A stretch of DNA of 32,000 bases from Candidatus Heimdallarchaeota archaeon (GTDB lineage Archaea; Asgardarchaeota; Heimdallarchaeia; JABLTI01), in assembly GCA_030614005.1 (NCBI GenBank), contig JAUWKS010000003.1, positions 60,001-92,000 of the forward strand. Direction: 5' to 3'. The translations under genes and the position numbers were made by a program. Positions 8,710-17,363 of the stretch are shown piece after piece. A model generated the notes under the pieces. It saw only the letters and a program-made list of their open reading frames with translations. It had not been told where the DNA came from and did not search any database. Every line of letters begins with the position of its first letter. The first letter of the stretch is position 1.

Positions 8710-8961
8710 ATGAATGAATCCACATCCTCTGCGACAAATTCCAATTTGATAAAAATAATTCGATATATCAGAATAAGCCTTCTAGTAAATTTTATAATAA
8801 CAATTCCGCTAACCATATTAGCAGTTTTGGCAATAGGTGAACATACTATTTTCATTCTAACAATTGCTTTTGTAGGATTATTGTGCTTGCAATTTCTTGT
8901 TTTGTTGATATTTGATTTAATAAGACTGTTCAAAGCACGAAAACTCAGAGCAAATGAATAA
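8710..8961 (+). CDS. Small two-TM membrane protein, hypothetical
   Basis: Two hydrophobic segments, a basic C-terminus, and GAGTGA upstream of the ATG. Confidence 0.55.
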   Translation: MNESTSSATNSNLIKIIRYIRISLLVNFIITIPLTILAVLAIGEHTIFILTIAFVGLLCLQFLVLLIFDLIRLFKARKLRANE

Positions 8962-9024
8962 CGGAAAAAATATTTTTTGTTTTTCCTCTCTTTATCTCTA
9001 AAGATATTTAATTATCAAAATAAA

Positions 9025-9032
9025 TTTTATAA
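9025..9032 (+). promoter_or_regulatory. Candidate TATA box for pckA
   Basis: TTTTATAA preceded by A-rich sequence, about 85 nt upstream of the ATG. Confidence 0.35.
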
Positions 9033-9057
9033 GTAGGACATTTATTATAATTGCTCT

Positions 9058-9080
9058 TCATTGAATATCACCTTCAATGA
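9058..9080. promoter_or_regulatory. Inverted repeat (candidate operator or 5'-UTR hairpin) upstream of pckA
   Basis: TCATTGAA-N7-TTCAATGA, a perfect 8-bp dyad about 25 nt downstream of the candidate TATA. Confidence 0.45.
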
Positions 9081-9113
9081 TGAATAAGAAACCTAGAGAA
9101 CCGAGGAGTAATA

Positions 9114-10760
9114 ATGACTGATTTATTGAAATCACTAGAAAATGCTCTTGGAAGACATGAGAATATATTCGATAGTCTCGACCGAAAGAAGTTAATTCAA
9201 GAGTGTGTGGATAATAAAGAAGCATATCTTAGCGCTAATGGCGCTTTAGTTACTTGGACACCCACTGAATCAACAGGACGAAGCCCTAAAGATACTGTTA
9301 TTGTAAAACGAAAAAAAAGCAAAGGAAAAATCGATTGGGATTCTCCAAATTGCATTTCAATTACTGAAGAAACATTTGATATGGCTTGGGAAGATGCAAT
9401 GGAAATCATCGGAGAAAAAGCAAAGATTTATCTCTCTGAGAGATCTCTAGGAGCTGATCCTTCTTATACCCTTAAAGTAAGAACTATTGGTGATCAAGCC
9501 CTCACACAGCTTTTTACATACAATATGTTTCGACCTATTCCTGAAGAATTTGAAAAGAGTGTATTGAATGGCGCCCACTTCACTCTAATTGTTTTACCAT
9601 ATAATAAATTGGATGGTGAGCGTTTCAAAGGTAGGTTACGAAAGTTACAAAAAGATCAGACAAGTAATATGATAGTAGCAATGGATTTTGATAGAAAATT
9701 AGGATTAATAATTGGTTCTGCTTATTGTGGCTCTGTTAAAAAGCTAATGTTCACAGTAATGAATTACATGCTCCCAGAAGTTGGGATATTGCCTCTTCAT
9801 TGTTCAAGTAATGAAGGTCCAAATGGTGATGTTGCTCTACTACTTGGTCTTTCTGGCACTGGAAAAACAACTCTCTCAGCTGATCCTTCACGAGCTCTTT
9901 TGGGTGATGATGAACACGGATGGAGTGATAATGGTGTTGCTAACTTTGAATTTGGTTGTTATGCAAAGTTAATCAATCTGAGACAAGATAAAGAACCAGA
10001 AATTTACAATGCTATGATGCATAAAATAGGCTTTCTGCATCATGGTGCTATCTTTGAAAATACTATGATGTATCCAAATGGAGAATTTGACCTGTTCGAT
10101 GATCGGTTAACACCAAATTCTAGAGGGTCATATCCATTATCTTTCCTGTCAAATGTCAAGTCTCCACCAGTAGGTGGTCATCCAAAGACTATTCTCTTCT
10201 TAACCGCAGATGCAAATGGTGTTATTCCCCCTGTTGCAAAATTGTCTCTTGAACAAGCTATGCTCTGGTTTCTAATGGGCTACACAAGTAAACTAGCCGG
10301 AACAGAAACAGGCATTGTTGATCCAATATCGACCTTCTCAAGATTCTTCGGTGAACCTTTCATGCCACGCAATCCTGATGAATATGCATCTCTTCTAGGT
10401 GACAAGATGGAAAAGCATGGCACTAAAGTATATTTAATTAATACTGGTTGGTCTGGGGGACCATATGGTGTCGGTAAAAGAATGGATATTAATTTAACAA
10501 GAAGACTTGTAGATGCTGCATTATCTGGTGAATTAGAAGGTGTTGAGTATCAGCAAGATGAGATTTTCAAATTAAGTGTGCCTACATCATGCAAGGGTGT
10601 TTCTGCGGACGTTTTGTGTCCTAAGAATACTTGGAAAGATAAAAAAGCATTTGATGAGCGAGCATTAAAATTAGCACAAGATTTCTGTGACCACTTCAAA
10701 AAAGCTTATGCAGATAAGAATATCGATCCAAAGATTGCTGCTACCTGTCCTGGAATTTGA
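9114..10760 (+). CDS. pckA: Phosphoenolpyruvate carboxykinase (ATP)
   Basis: YCGSVKK, LHCS, GLSGTGKTTLS, GDDEHGW, NFEFGCYAK, FLTADANGVIPP and YLINTGWSGG. RBS GAGGAG. Confidence 0.96.
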   Translation: MTDLLKSLENALGRHENIFDSLDRKKLIQECVDNKEAYLSANGALVTWTPTESTGRSPKDTVIVKRKKSKGKIDWDSPNCISITEETFDMAWEDAMEIIGEKAKIYLSERSLGADPSYTLKVRTIGDQALTQLFTYNMFRPIPEEFEKSVLNGAHFTLIVLPYNKLDGERFKGRLRKLQKDQTSNMIVAMDFDRKLGLIIGSAYCGSVKKLMFTVMNYMLPEVGILPLHCSSNEGPNGDVALLLGLSGTGKTTLSADPSRALLGDDEHGWSDNGVANFEFGCYAKLINLRQDKEPEIYNAMMHKIGFLHHGAIFENTMMYPNGEFDLFDDRLTPNSRGSYPLSFLSNVKSPPVGGHPKTILFLTADANGVIPPVAKLSLEQAMLWFLMGYTSKLAGTETGIVDPISTFSRFFGEPFMPRNPDEYASLLGDKMEKHGTKVYLINTGWSGGPYGVGKRMDINLTRRLVDAALSGELEGVEYQQDEIFKLSVPTSCKGVSADVLCPKNTWKDKKAFDERALKLAQDFCDHFKKAYADKNIDPKIAATCPGI

Positions 10761-10777
10761 TGTAATCAATTGATTAT

Positions 10778-10803
10778 TCAAACCTAAATTTCCTTAGGTT
10801 TGA
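10778..10803 (+). terminator. Intrinsic-type terminator after pckA
   Basis: TCAAACCTAA-atttcc-TTAGGTTTGA, a perfect 10-bp stem followed directly by ttttctctcttttccttt. It is preceded by the perfect palindrome TAATCAATTGATTA (10763-10776). Confidence 0.7.
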
Positions 10804-10897
10804 TTTTCTCTCTTTTCCTTTCAAAAAAAATCAAAATGCTTAAAATAGGATGCATTGATTATAATAGGAAAAAGAGAATTTTCTCTAATAGAAGAAG

Positions 10898-11803
10898 GTG
10901 TCCTATTTGACGAATAACGAAGAGACAAACGAAGCATTGTTACAGCTTCAAGATTCAGATGAAAGCATTCGAAATCAAGCAGCACTTTCCTTAGGTTGGA
11001 TGGGTGAAAAAGAAGTAGTTAACCCTTTGATTCATGTACTTCTAAATGATAAATCAGAGAAAGTACGTGCTAATGCTGCAATGTCTTTAGGTCAATTGGG
11101 ATTTGAGGAAGCTATTGATTCTTTGATTAAATCATTGAAAGATGAAGATTATAATGTAAGAGGAATGAGTATCTATTCCTTAGGTTTAATGAAAGCAACC
11201 ACTGCTTTAGGTGCTCTAATAGAGCTTCTGAAAAATGATCCTGATAGAGAAGCTCGAATAGCTGCTGCTGAAACTTTGGCACAATTGGGGAAGGAAGAAG
11301 CAATACAACCATTGGTTTTCACATTCGTGAATGAAGAGAACAAGGATGTAAAAAGAGAAGCAAAAGAATCTTTTGAAAAACTAGCTAAATTACACAATAC
11401 AAAAGGTATTGAATTATTAATCAAAGAAGAAGAAGCAGATAAAACAAAACGTGCAATTGCTTTTCATCAAAAAGAACGCGAAAAAATCATCGATAGTTTA
11501 CAGAATAAAGAAATTGAAAAGAAACGTTCTGAAAAAATTGCTACATTAGTTCTGGAACTTCCACAACAACTTGATTATGCAATTCACAATGAAGAAATAT
11601 CCTATGAAGTGATTTGTGCAGAATTCGACTGTGACAATGTTACTTTAGAACTAGCTTTAAACCAAATGCCTAAAGAACATTTCAACCTTGAAATTGATTC
11701 AATAAATAGACATTTTAAAGTTATTAAACCACAAGCAAAACTTAGCGATGAAGCAAAAATGAAAATTAAATTACTTCGAAAGAAATTTGGCGTTTCTTGG
11801 TAA
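10898..11803 (+). CDS. HEAT-repeat protein (5 PBS-lyase-type repeats) with coiled coil and C-terminal PCI-like winged helix
   Basis: Repeats of L..LL.D....VR..AA..LG.LG, a charged helical linker, and the C-terminal segment ISYEVICAEFDCDNVTLELALNQM...FNLEIDSINRHFKV. Confidence 0.8.
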   Translation: MSYLTNNEETNEALLQLQDSDESIRNQAALSLGWMGEKEVVNPLIHVLLNDKSEKVRANAAMSLGQLGFEEAIDSLIKSLKDEDYNVRGMSIYSLGLMKATTALGALIELLKNDPDREARIAAAETLAQLGKEEAIQPLVFTFVNEENKDVKREAKESFEKLAKLHNTKGIELLIKEEEADKTKRAIAFHQKEREKIIDSLQNKEIEKKRSEKIATLVLELPQQLDYAIHNEEISYEVICAEFDCDNVTLELALNQMPKEHFNLEIDSINRHFKVIKPQAKLSDEAKMKIKLLRKKFGVSW

Positions 11804-11930
11804 TTTACTATTAATTTTTCTTTAGTAATTTTTTTTAAACAAAATAATTATTAACTTCTCACGGTTATATATTAAGCATATTTCCAACTATAAATCATAT
11901 TGAATATAATAAAATTTGATGTGAATACCA

Positions 11931-12827
11931 ATGCAAAAAGTATCTATTGTTACCAATGGAAGTTGTGATCTTCCTAAAGAGCTAATTGAGAAATTTAATA
12001 TTCAAATTGCACCTTTTTAAGTGATTTTTGATTCAACAGCTTATCAGTTGTATGGTGATTCAGGAACTATTTCAAAGGAGGACTTTTACCGGCGACTGGA
12101 AACAGAAGAGTTAATGCCTAGTACTGCAATCCCTGCCCCTAAATCCTTTCATAATGCATTTGAAAAAGCTCTGAGCGTAGGAGAATCAGTTATAGCTATT
12201 TTTCTTTCGAAAGAAATGTCTGGTACAATTCAGAGTGCAAAGCAAGTTGCAACTATTTTTGAAAAGGCTGATATAACTATTGTAGATTCCAAGGTGACTG
12301 CAAGTTGCCTAGGTTTATTGGTTCTTCAAGTTGCTGAAATGGCTCAACAAGGAGCTACAAAAAAAACTATTCTAAAAGAACTTGATAGATTAATCCCTGA
12401 AACAAGACTAGTACTAGTGATGGATACTATGAATTATCTATATCGCGGTGGACGAATAGGAAAAGCTAAGCATTTTTTTGGCACAGCCTTACATATCAAA
12501 CATGTTCTTCACTTTATTGATGGCGTTGTAACTCCAAGTGGTACCATTTTTGGAAGAGCGGAAGTCATTAAGAGGATGAAATTCTTGACACCTTATGTAG
12601 TAAAAAATGCTATTACAAATAATATCTTCATTTGGCATACACGAGATTTTGATATAGCAAATGAAATTTTATCGATAATGGAAGAAGTTAATGATAGTGG
12701 TAAAGAGATAAGAATTCAAGAGGCAGGACCAGTTATAGGAGTGCATACAGGACCAAAATCACTAGGATTTACTTATATCGGCAATTATAACAAAAATTGG
12801 TTGCTAAAAATGAATGAAAAAAATTAG
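11931..12827 (+). pseudogene. degV: DegV/FakB-family fatty-acid-binding protein interrupted by an in-frame TAA at codon 30
   Basis: ATG 11931 gives MQKVSIVTNGSCDLPKELIEKFNIQIAPF*VIFD..., which is the DegV N-terminal consensus, in frame with the ORF-track ORF 12021..12827 (LSKEMSGT, VDSK, GGRIGK, GPVIGVHTGP). TAA is at 12018-12020. Confidence 0.8.
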
Positions 12828-12837
12828 GTTAAATTAC

Positions 12838-13764
12838 CTAATTCTTTCTTTTTCTTTTGACAAATATACTAAAAATAACTCCAGCTGATAAACCAGCAAA
12901 AGTTATTGCTATTTGATATCCTGAAATAAATCCAGAATAATTATAGAATTTGAATCCTGGAAGAGAATAACTGCTTTCTTTACAAATAATTCCAATTGAT
13001 TCACTTAGAACCAACTCTTCTATTGAACCAGAAACACTCGATGAAATACGATACCCTAGCAATATTCCCGTTAAACTATCCCAAACAAATTTTATGTTAT
13101 GATTGAAATTCATATCAATTTCCAATGTATCATTAACAAAAGAACCATACATATACAAGTCAAAAATAGCTTGATTCTCTCTAATTTCAAAAAAAGATTC
13201 AAAATAGGCCTCATAATCATAATTGTTCTCTTTTGATTTGTGATAGTCAATATTAGCTATTTCTCTAAAGTGTTCCCAGAGTGACTCTTCTGGTTCAACA
13301 AAAAACCAGGAAATCATTCCAGGACCAAGGATAATTTCTTGTCTATTAAATCCTTGAATTGATAATCGTAGAGCTTCTTGTTCTGGATAATAGAGGAATT
13401 GATCCAACTCAAAAAGAAACAAATCACTAGAGATTTCTCCGGATGCTGTTGCTGTAGAATTATCAATGATGAACTCAACTCCAAACTGTTCATCAACATT
13501 GACCACTTCAACATCGAAAGTATTTGATGGTGCAATTTTTACTCCTTTGAAATTAACTCCTTCACCACCGATAGACTGGTCACCAATTTGAACCCCCCAG
13601 CTTGCTCCTTCAATTGTATAATTAACAACAGTATCATCATCAATTTCCCAAGTGCCTTCAATATTAACTGCTAAATTTTGACTTAAATAAGGGCTTAGTA
13701 CGAGAATAAAAGTGATAACCAGAAACAAAGATTGTGATTTTTTATTCAAAGGGTATTTCACCAA
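12838..13764 (-). CDS. Secreted, C-terminally membrane-anchored surface protein
   Basis: N-terminal signal-like hydrophobic stretch, a beta-rich body with N-x-S/T sequons, and a C-terminal TM followed by KRKRKN. Confidence 0.8.
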   Translation of the reverse strand: MVKYPLNKKSQSLFLVITFILVLSPYLSQNLAVNIEGTWEIDDDTVVNYTIEGASWGVQIGDQSIGGEGVNFKGVKIAPSNTFDVEVVNVDEQFGVEFIIDNSTATASGEISSDLFLFELDQFLYYPEQEALRLSIQGFNRQEIILGPGMISWFFVEPEESLWEHFREIANIDYHKSKENNYDYEAYFESFFEIRENQAIFDLYMYGSFVNDTLEIDMNFNHNIKFVWDSLTGILLGYRISSSVSGSIEELVLSESIGIICKESSYSLPGFKFYNYSGFISGYQIAITFAGLSAGVIFSIFVKRKRKN

Positions 13765-13932
13765 TCAGTTTTGATTTATTTATAGTATTATCTGAACATA
13801 AAGATAATTTAAACTCTTGCTTATAACTGGAGAGAAAGACCAAAATGAAAGAATCTTTTTATTTTTAAAGAATCACTTTATAGATAGCAAAATATCTAAT
13901 GAGCAAATTTCCTTTGGCGGAGAATAATCATA

Positions 13933-15183
13933 ATGAAAAAAATTACTGTTGGAAACTTACAAAGCAAACCAGGAAAAAGAGTGTATGGATATTTGGATAT
14001 TCTAGAACATCCAGTGGGAACGGTTGAAAGATTGCCTGTAATAATTGCTCAAGGAATGAATGTTGGACCAACATTGTGGTTAACAGCAAACATTCACGGC
14101 GATGAATATACTGGGATACCTGTAATTCATAAAGTGATAAATACAATTGATTTGACTAAACTAAAGGGAACAATAGTAGCAATTCCAACATTAAATCCCG
14201 CAGGGTCAAGAGTTTGCCAAAGACATCCGTATTATGATAAAAAGGATCCAAATAGATTGTTTCCTGATGGAAATCCCTTCAAAGATAAAGAATCGTCTGA
14301 TTCTTCAGAAGTAATCCTAACAGAAAAAGAAGAAGATCTTGGAGATGACTTATCAATAAAAACAGAATCACAAGTAGAAATAACGATAATCCAAGATACA
14401 AGCGAAAAGATACCTAACCCATTCGCAAAATATGAAACTGATGATCTTTATCCTTCAATTCAAGAAACTATTTTCAAGCGTTTGTTTGAAATAATTAAGG
14501 ATTCTGCTGATTATTTAATTGACTTACATAATGCCTTTTTAAAATCCATTCCATTTGTTTTTCTAGATAGAGTTCTCTATAATCCAGAATTGAGTGATGA
14601 CGCTCACAAAGAAGCAACTGAGCTTTACAATCAAACAGAAGAAATGGTGAAAGCATTTGGATTAACAATTGTGAGAGAATCATTGCCGAAAAAATATGTT
14701 GCGAAAAAACTTCACCGATCAACTTCTGGTGCTGCGTTAAATTATTTAAGAATCCCTTCATTTACAGTTGAACTGGGTATGTATTTAGATGTTGAGCCTG
14801 AAGTAGTAGAAGCTGCTACAATAGGAATTTATAATGTATTAACTTGGACAAAAATGCTCGATGGTGAAATTAAGAAACTAACAGGAGTAAGAGTTGTCGC
14901 TGAAAGTGAATCAGTGCGATATCTTGGTCACCCGAGAGTATCAAAGTCTGCAATAATCGAGCTCAAAGTAAAAAAAGGCGATTTTGTGAAAAAAGGTGAT
15001 GTTATTGCCATCGCTCGAGATATCTTTGGAAGAGAAATACCTGAAGTTGGTGAAATAAAAACAGAAATTGATGGTTATGTATTTATGTTTAATCAAGGGA
15101 TTATTCGATATCCAAATGAAGAAATCTGTTGGATGGCTGTTAAAGACAATCAACTAATGATAGATAAGTGGCCAAAGAAATGA
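13933..15183 (+). CDS. Succinylglutamate desuccinylase/aspartoacylase (M14-like Zn hydrolase)
   Basis: ANIHGDE (Zn H/E), PNRLFP, LIDLHNA, FTVELG and the C-terminal lipoyl-like KVKKGDFVKKGDVIA. Carries an acidic insertion of about 60 aa. Confidence 0.88.
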   Translation: MKKITVGNLQSKPGKRVYGYLDILEHPVGTVERLPVIIAQGMNVGPTLWLTANIHGDEYTGIPVIHKVINTIDLTKLKGTIVAIPTLNPAGSRVCQRHPYYDKKDPNRLFPDGNPFKDKESSDSSEVILTEKEEDLGDDLSIKTESQVEITIIQDTSEKIPNPFAKYETDDLYPSIQETIFKRLFEIIKDSADYLIDLHNAFLKSIPFVFLDRVLYNPELSDDAHKEATELYNQTEEMVKAFGLTIVRESLPKKYVAKKLHRSTSGAALNYLRIPSFTVELGMYLDVEPEVVEAATIGIYNVLTWTKMLDGEIKKLTGVRVVAESESVRYLGHPRVSKSAIIELKVKKGDFVKKGDVIAIARDIFGREIPEVGEIKTEIDGYVFMFNQGIIRYPNEEICWMAVKDNQLMIDKWPKK

Positions 15184-15239
15184 TTTATCCTTTTAGTAAA
15201 TAAATTATTATGAGGAAAAAGTCAAACAAAAATGTGTAG

Positions 15240-16685
15240 TTGAGGTTTAATGTTATGTGTTATCTCCTGAAATTAAAAACAAAAATCCTTCTAGGTATGC
15301 TAATTGCTACAATGTTTTTACCTATTATACTTTCAAATTGTGAGATCAACCAAAATAGGTTTTCTATAGATATTGTCGGAGCAGCACAAACGGGTGCCCA
15401 AGTTTCCGATTTTTATGTAGCGATAAATCCTACCAATGAGCTTCATCTAATTTACAGAGAAAAAATTGGTAGTTTCGATCAAATTTGTTACCTAGAATCT
15501 TCCTCTGAATATGTTTGGAATCAATCAAAAAATATCCTAATAAAAGAAAATGAAACACATAAACTCTATAGCAGACCTTCAATTACAACGAAAAATGATG
15601 AACCGTTTGCTGTATATGGATTTGAGAATGGAGTGAAAACAGGTATTGTGTTACTTAAACGCAATACAACTACTAAGATTTGGTCAAGTGAGGTAGTGAT
15701 TGAAAATATTGTCGGATATCTTAACGATCCAATTATTGCCTACAATGCAAATCAAACTAATTTTTGGTTATCTTGGGAAGATAAACATGAGGGAAACTAT
15801 AGTCAATATTTGATGATTGGTAATAGCACTACATTGCAGTGGAGTGCACCAACCAAATTGTCCTCGAATGAGTTGTATGATAGCCGGCAAGGAAATTTCA
15901 TTTTAGATGAAGATGGAAATGGGCACTTTGTTTGGAAAGAAGGTCCAGAAAATCATGAAAAAATATTTTATCGCAAAGTTTACTCTAACGGAACACTCGC
16001 TACTATTGAAGAAATTACAGATGGAACTTATGAATGTATTAAACCTGCAATTGTAATTGATGAAAATAAAAAAATAAATGTTTTTTGGAATAATCATTCT
16101 GATGCAGATCCCGGGACATTCCTTGGTACGAAATTTGTCTATTCAAGTATAAGAGAAAGTGATAATTGGAGCACTTCTTTTGAAGTTGGACCATATATCC
16201 CACTAGAAAGACCTGCTTCGGGTGAATCCGATGCTTTTACTGCTGCTGTTTGCCTATTGAAATCAAAGAATGAACTCTGGTTAGCCTATGAGATTGTTGA
16301 GGATTACGCCTATCATTCTGGAATTGATATTAGAAATAGAGAAAGTTATTCTTGGCAACCAAGCCGTCCACTATCATTAGTTAATAACCGTGCAAAAGAT
16401 CCACAATTATTAAGTTCAACAAATGGTGATCTTATCTGCTTCTGGATAGATGCTCGTGCCGTAACTAATCAGGTTTATTTCCGCATTCGATTTGCTAATG
16501 AAGCATGGTCAAAAGAAATTGCTTTAACAGCATTCAAACAAAATTACTTTTCATCCATTTGGGGATACGTGCTAGTCATAATTGGAGCAATAATAATACT
16601 AACTATTCCTTCTTTGATGATGCGATGGTTGCATAAGAAAAGGAAAGAAAAATATATTAAAGAAAGAGTAAAAAACTTGGATTAA
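15240..16685 (+). CDS. Membrane-anchored surface protein, probable 7-bladed beta-propeller
   Basis: Signal-like N-terminus, seven P.i.id..g.lhlvW.e......i.y repeats, and a C-terminal TM with a basic tail. The exact start is uncertain (TTG 15240 or a later ATG). Confidence 0.75.
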   Translation: MRFNVMCYLLKLKTKILLGMLIATMFLPIILSNCEINQNRFSIDIVGAAQTGAQVSDFYVAINPTNELHLIYREKIGSFDQICYLESSSEYVWNQSKNILIKENETHKLYSRPSITTKNDEPFAVYGFENGVKTGIVLLKRNTTTKIWSSEVVIENIVGYLNDPIIAYNANQTNFWLSWEDKHEGNYSQYLMIGNSTTLQWSAPTKLSSNELYDSRQGNFILDEDGNGHFVWKEGPENHEKIFYRKVYSNGTLATIEEITDGTYECIKPAIVIDENKKINVFWNNHSDADPGTFLGTKFVYSSIRESDNWSTSFEVGPYIPLERPASGESDAFTAAVCLLKSKNELWLAYEIVEDYAYHSGIDIRNRESYSWQPSRPLSLVNNRAKDPQLLSSTNGDLICFWIDARAVTNQVYFRIRFANEAWSKEIALTAFKQNYFSSIWGYVLVIIGAIIILTIPSLMMRWLHKKRKEKYIKERVKNLD

Positions 16686-17215
16686 AATATAAGATCTTCA
16701 GCTGTTTTTTTCCTTTCTTTTTCTGCTGGGTTAATTTTCTCTACTAATTCAATATACAATTCTTTTGGGAATTTTATCCCAAGAAATCTAGCAACAATTT
16801 TTTCTTTCTCTTTTTTATTATGAGCAATAAAGAGTATTGTACCAAAATCTAATCTACTGGAAAGAATTGGTATTTTTCTGATTTTTATGTAAAGGATATC
16901 TGAGTATTTGATAACTTTCTTTTTCTTTGGGCGGTAAATTCTGATTAATTCAAATGAGTCGTCACCAACCCAATATCTCCTTGAATTAACTGAAACATAG
17001 ATGATTGCAAATACAAGAAAGACTACAAATGAAACAATAGACCAAACAATTTTTGAGTACAAGTCTGGATTCGAGCTGCTTTGCACAATTGGTTCTACAA
17101 TAAAATAGACTATAGCAAAAAATACCCCATTCAATAGCAATGCTACTATTAACAAAGTGATTATGTATGTTGTACTCGGAGCAATAGAGTAATTTGCTGG
17201 TTTTTTAGCACTCAT
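16682..17215 (-). CDS. Two-TM membrane protein with bacterial PH domain (bPH_2/YdbS-like)
   Basis: Two TMs followed by RYWVGDDSFELIR...KKVIKYSDILYIKIRK...RLDFGTILF, which matches the bPH_2 pattern. Confidence 0.7.
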   Translation of the reverse strand: MSAKKPANYSIAPSTTYIITLLIVALLLNGVFFAIVYFIVEPIVQSSSNPDLYSKIVWSIVSFVVFLVFAIIYVSVNSRRYWVGDDSFELIRIYRPKKKKVIKYSDILYIKIRKIPILSSRLDFGTILFIAHNKKEKEKIVARFLGIKFPKELYIELVEKINPAEKERKKTAEDLIF

Positions 17216-17363
17216 TTAATTAACCACAGTAAATACAATTATTGTATAATACTAATTATAGTTTTGTTGACTCCTTATTAAAAATAATTCTAATGGAAGA
17301 TTAAAACAATAACTCATTTCCCAAGTTCAATAAAGTAATACAAACTTTATTAATTTCGAGCAA

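Noticed and set aside
8655-8933. 92-aa minus-strand ORF
   Set aside because: It is an antisense shadow of the two-TM ORF 8710-8961, which has the better RBS and composition. Neither has a recognisable family.
8965-8978. AAAAAATATTTTTT palindrome, and similar TTAATTAATTAA near 27676
   Set aside because: Low-complexity palindromes are expected in AT-rich DNA.
9114-10760. ATP-type rather than GTP-type PEPCK in an archaeon
   Set aside because: ATP-type enzymes are patchily distributed but known in archaea, and all motifs here are canonical.
14272-14424. NPF tripeptides as eukaryote-like EH-domain ligands
   Set aside because: A three-residue motif is too short, and no EH-domain protein is seen in the window.
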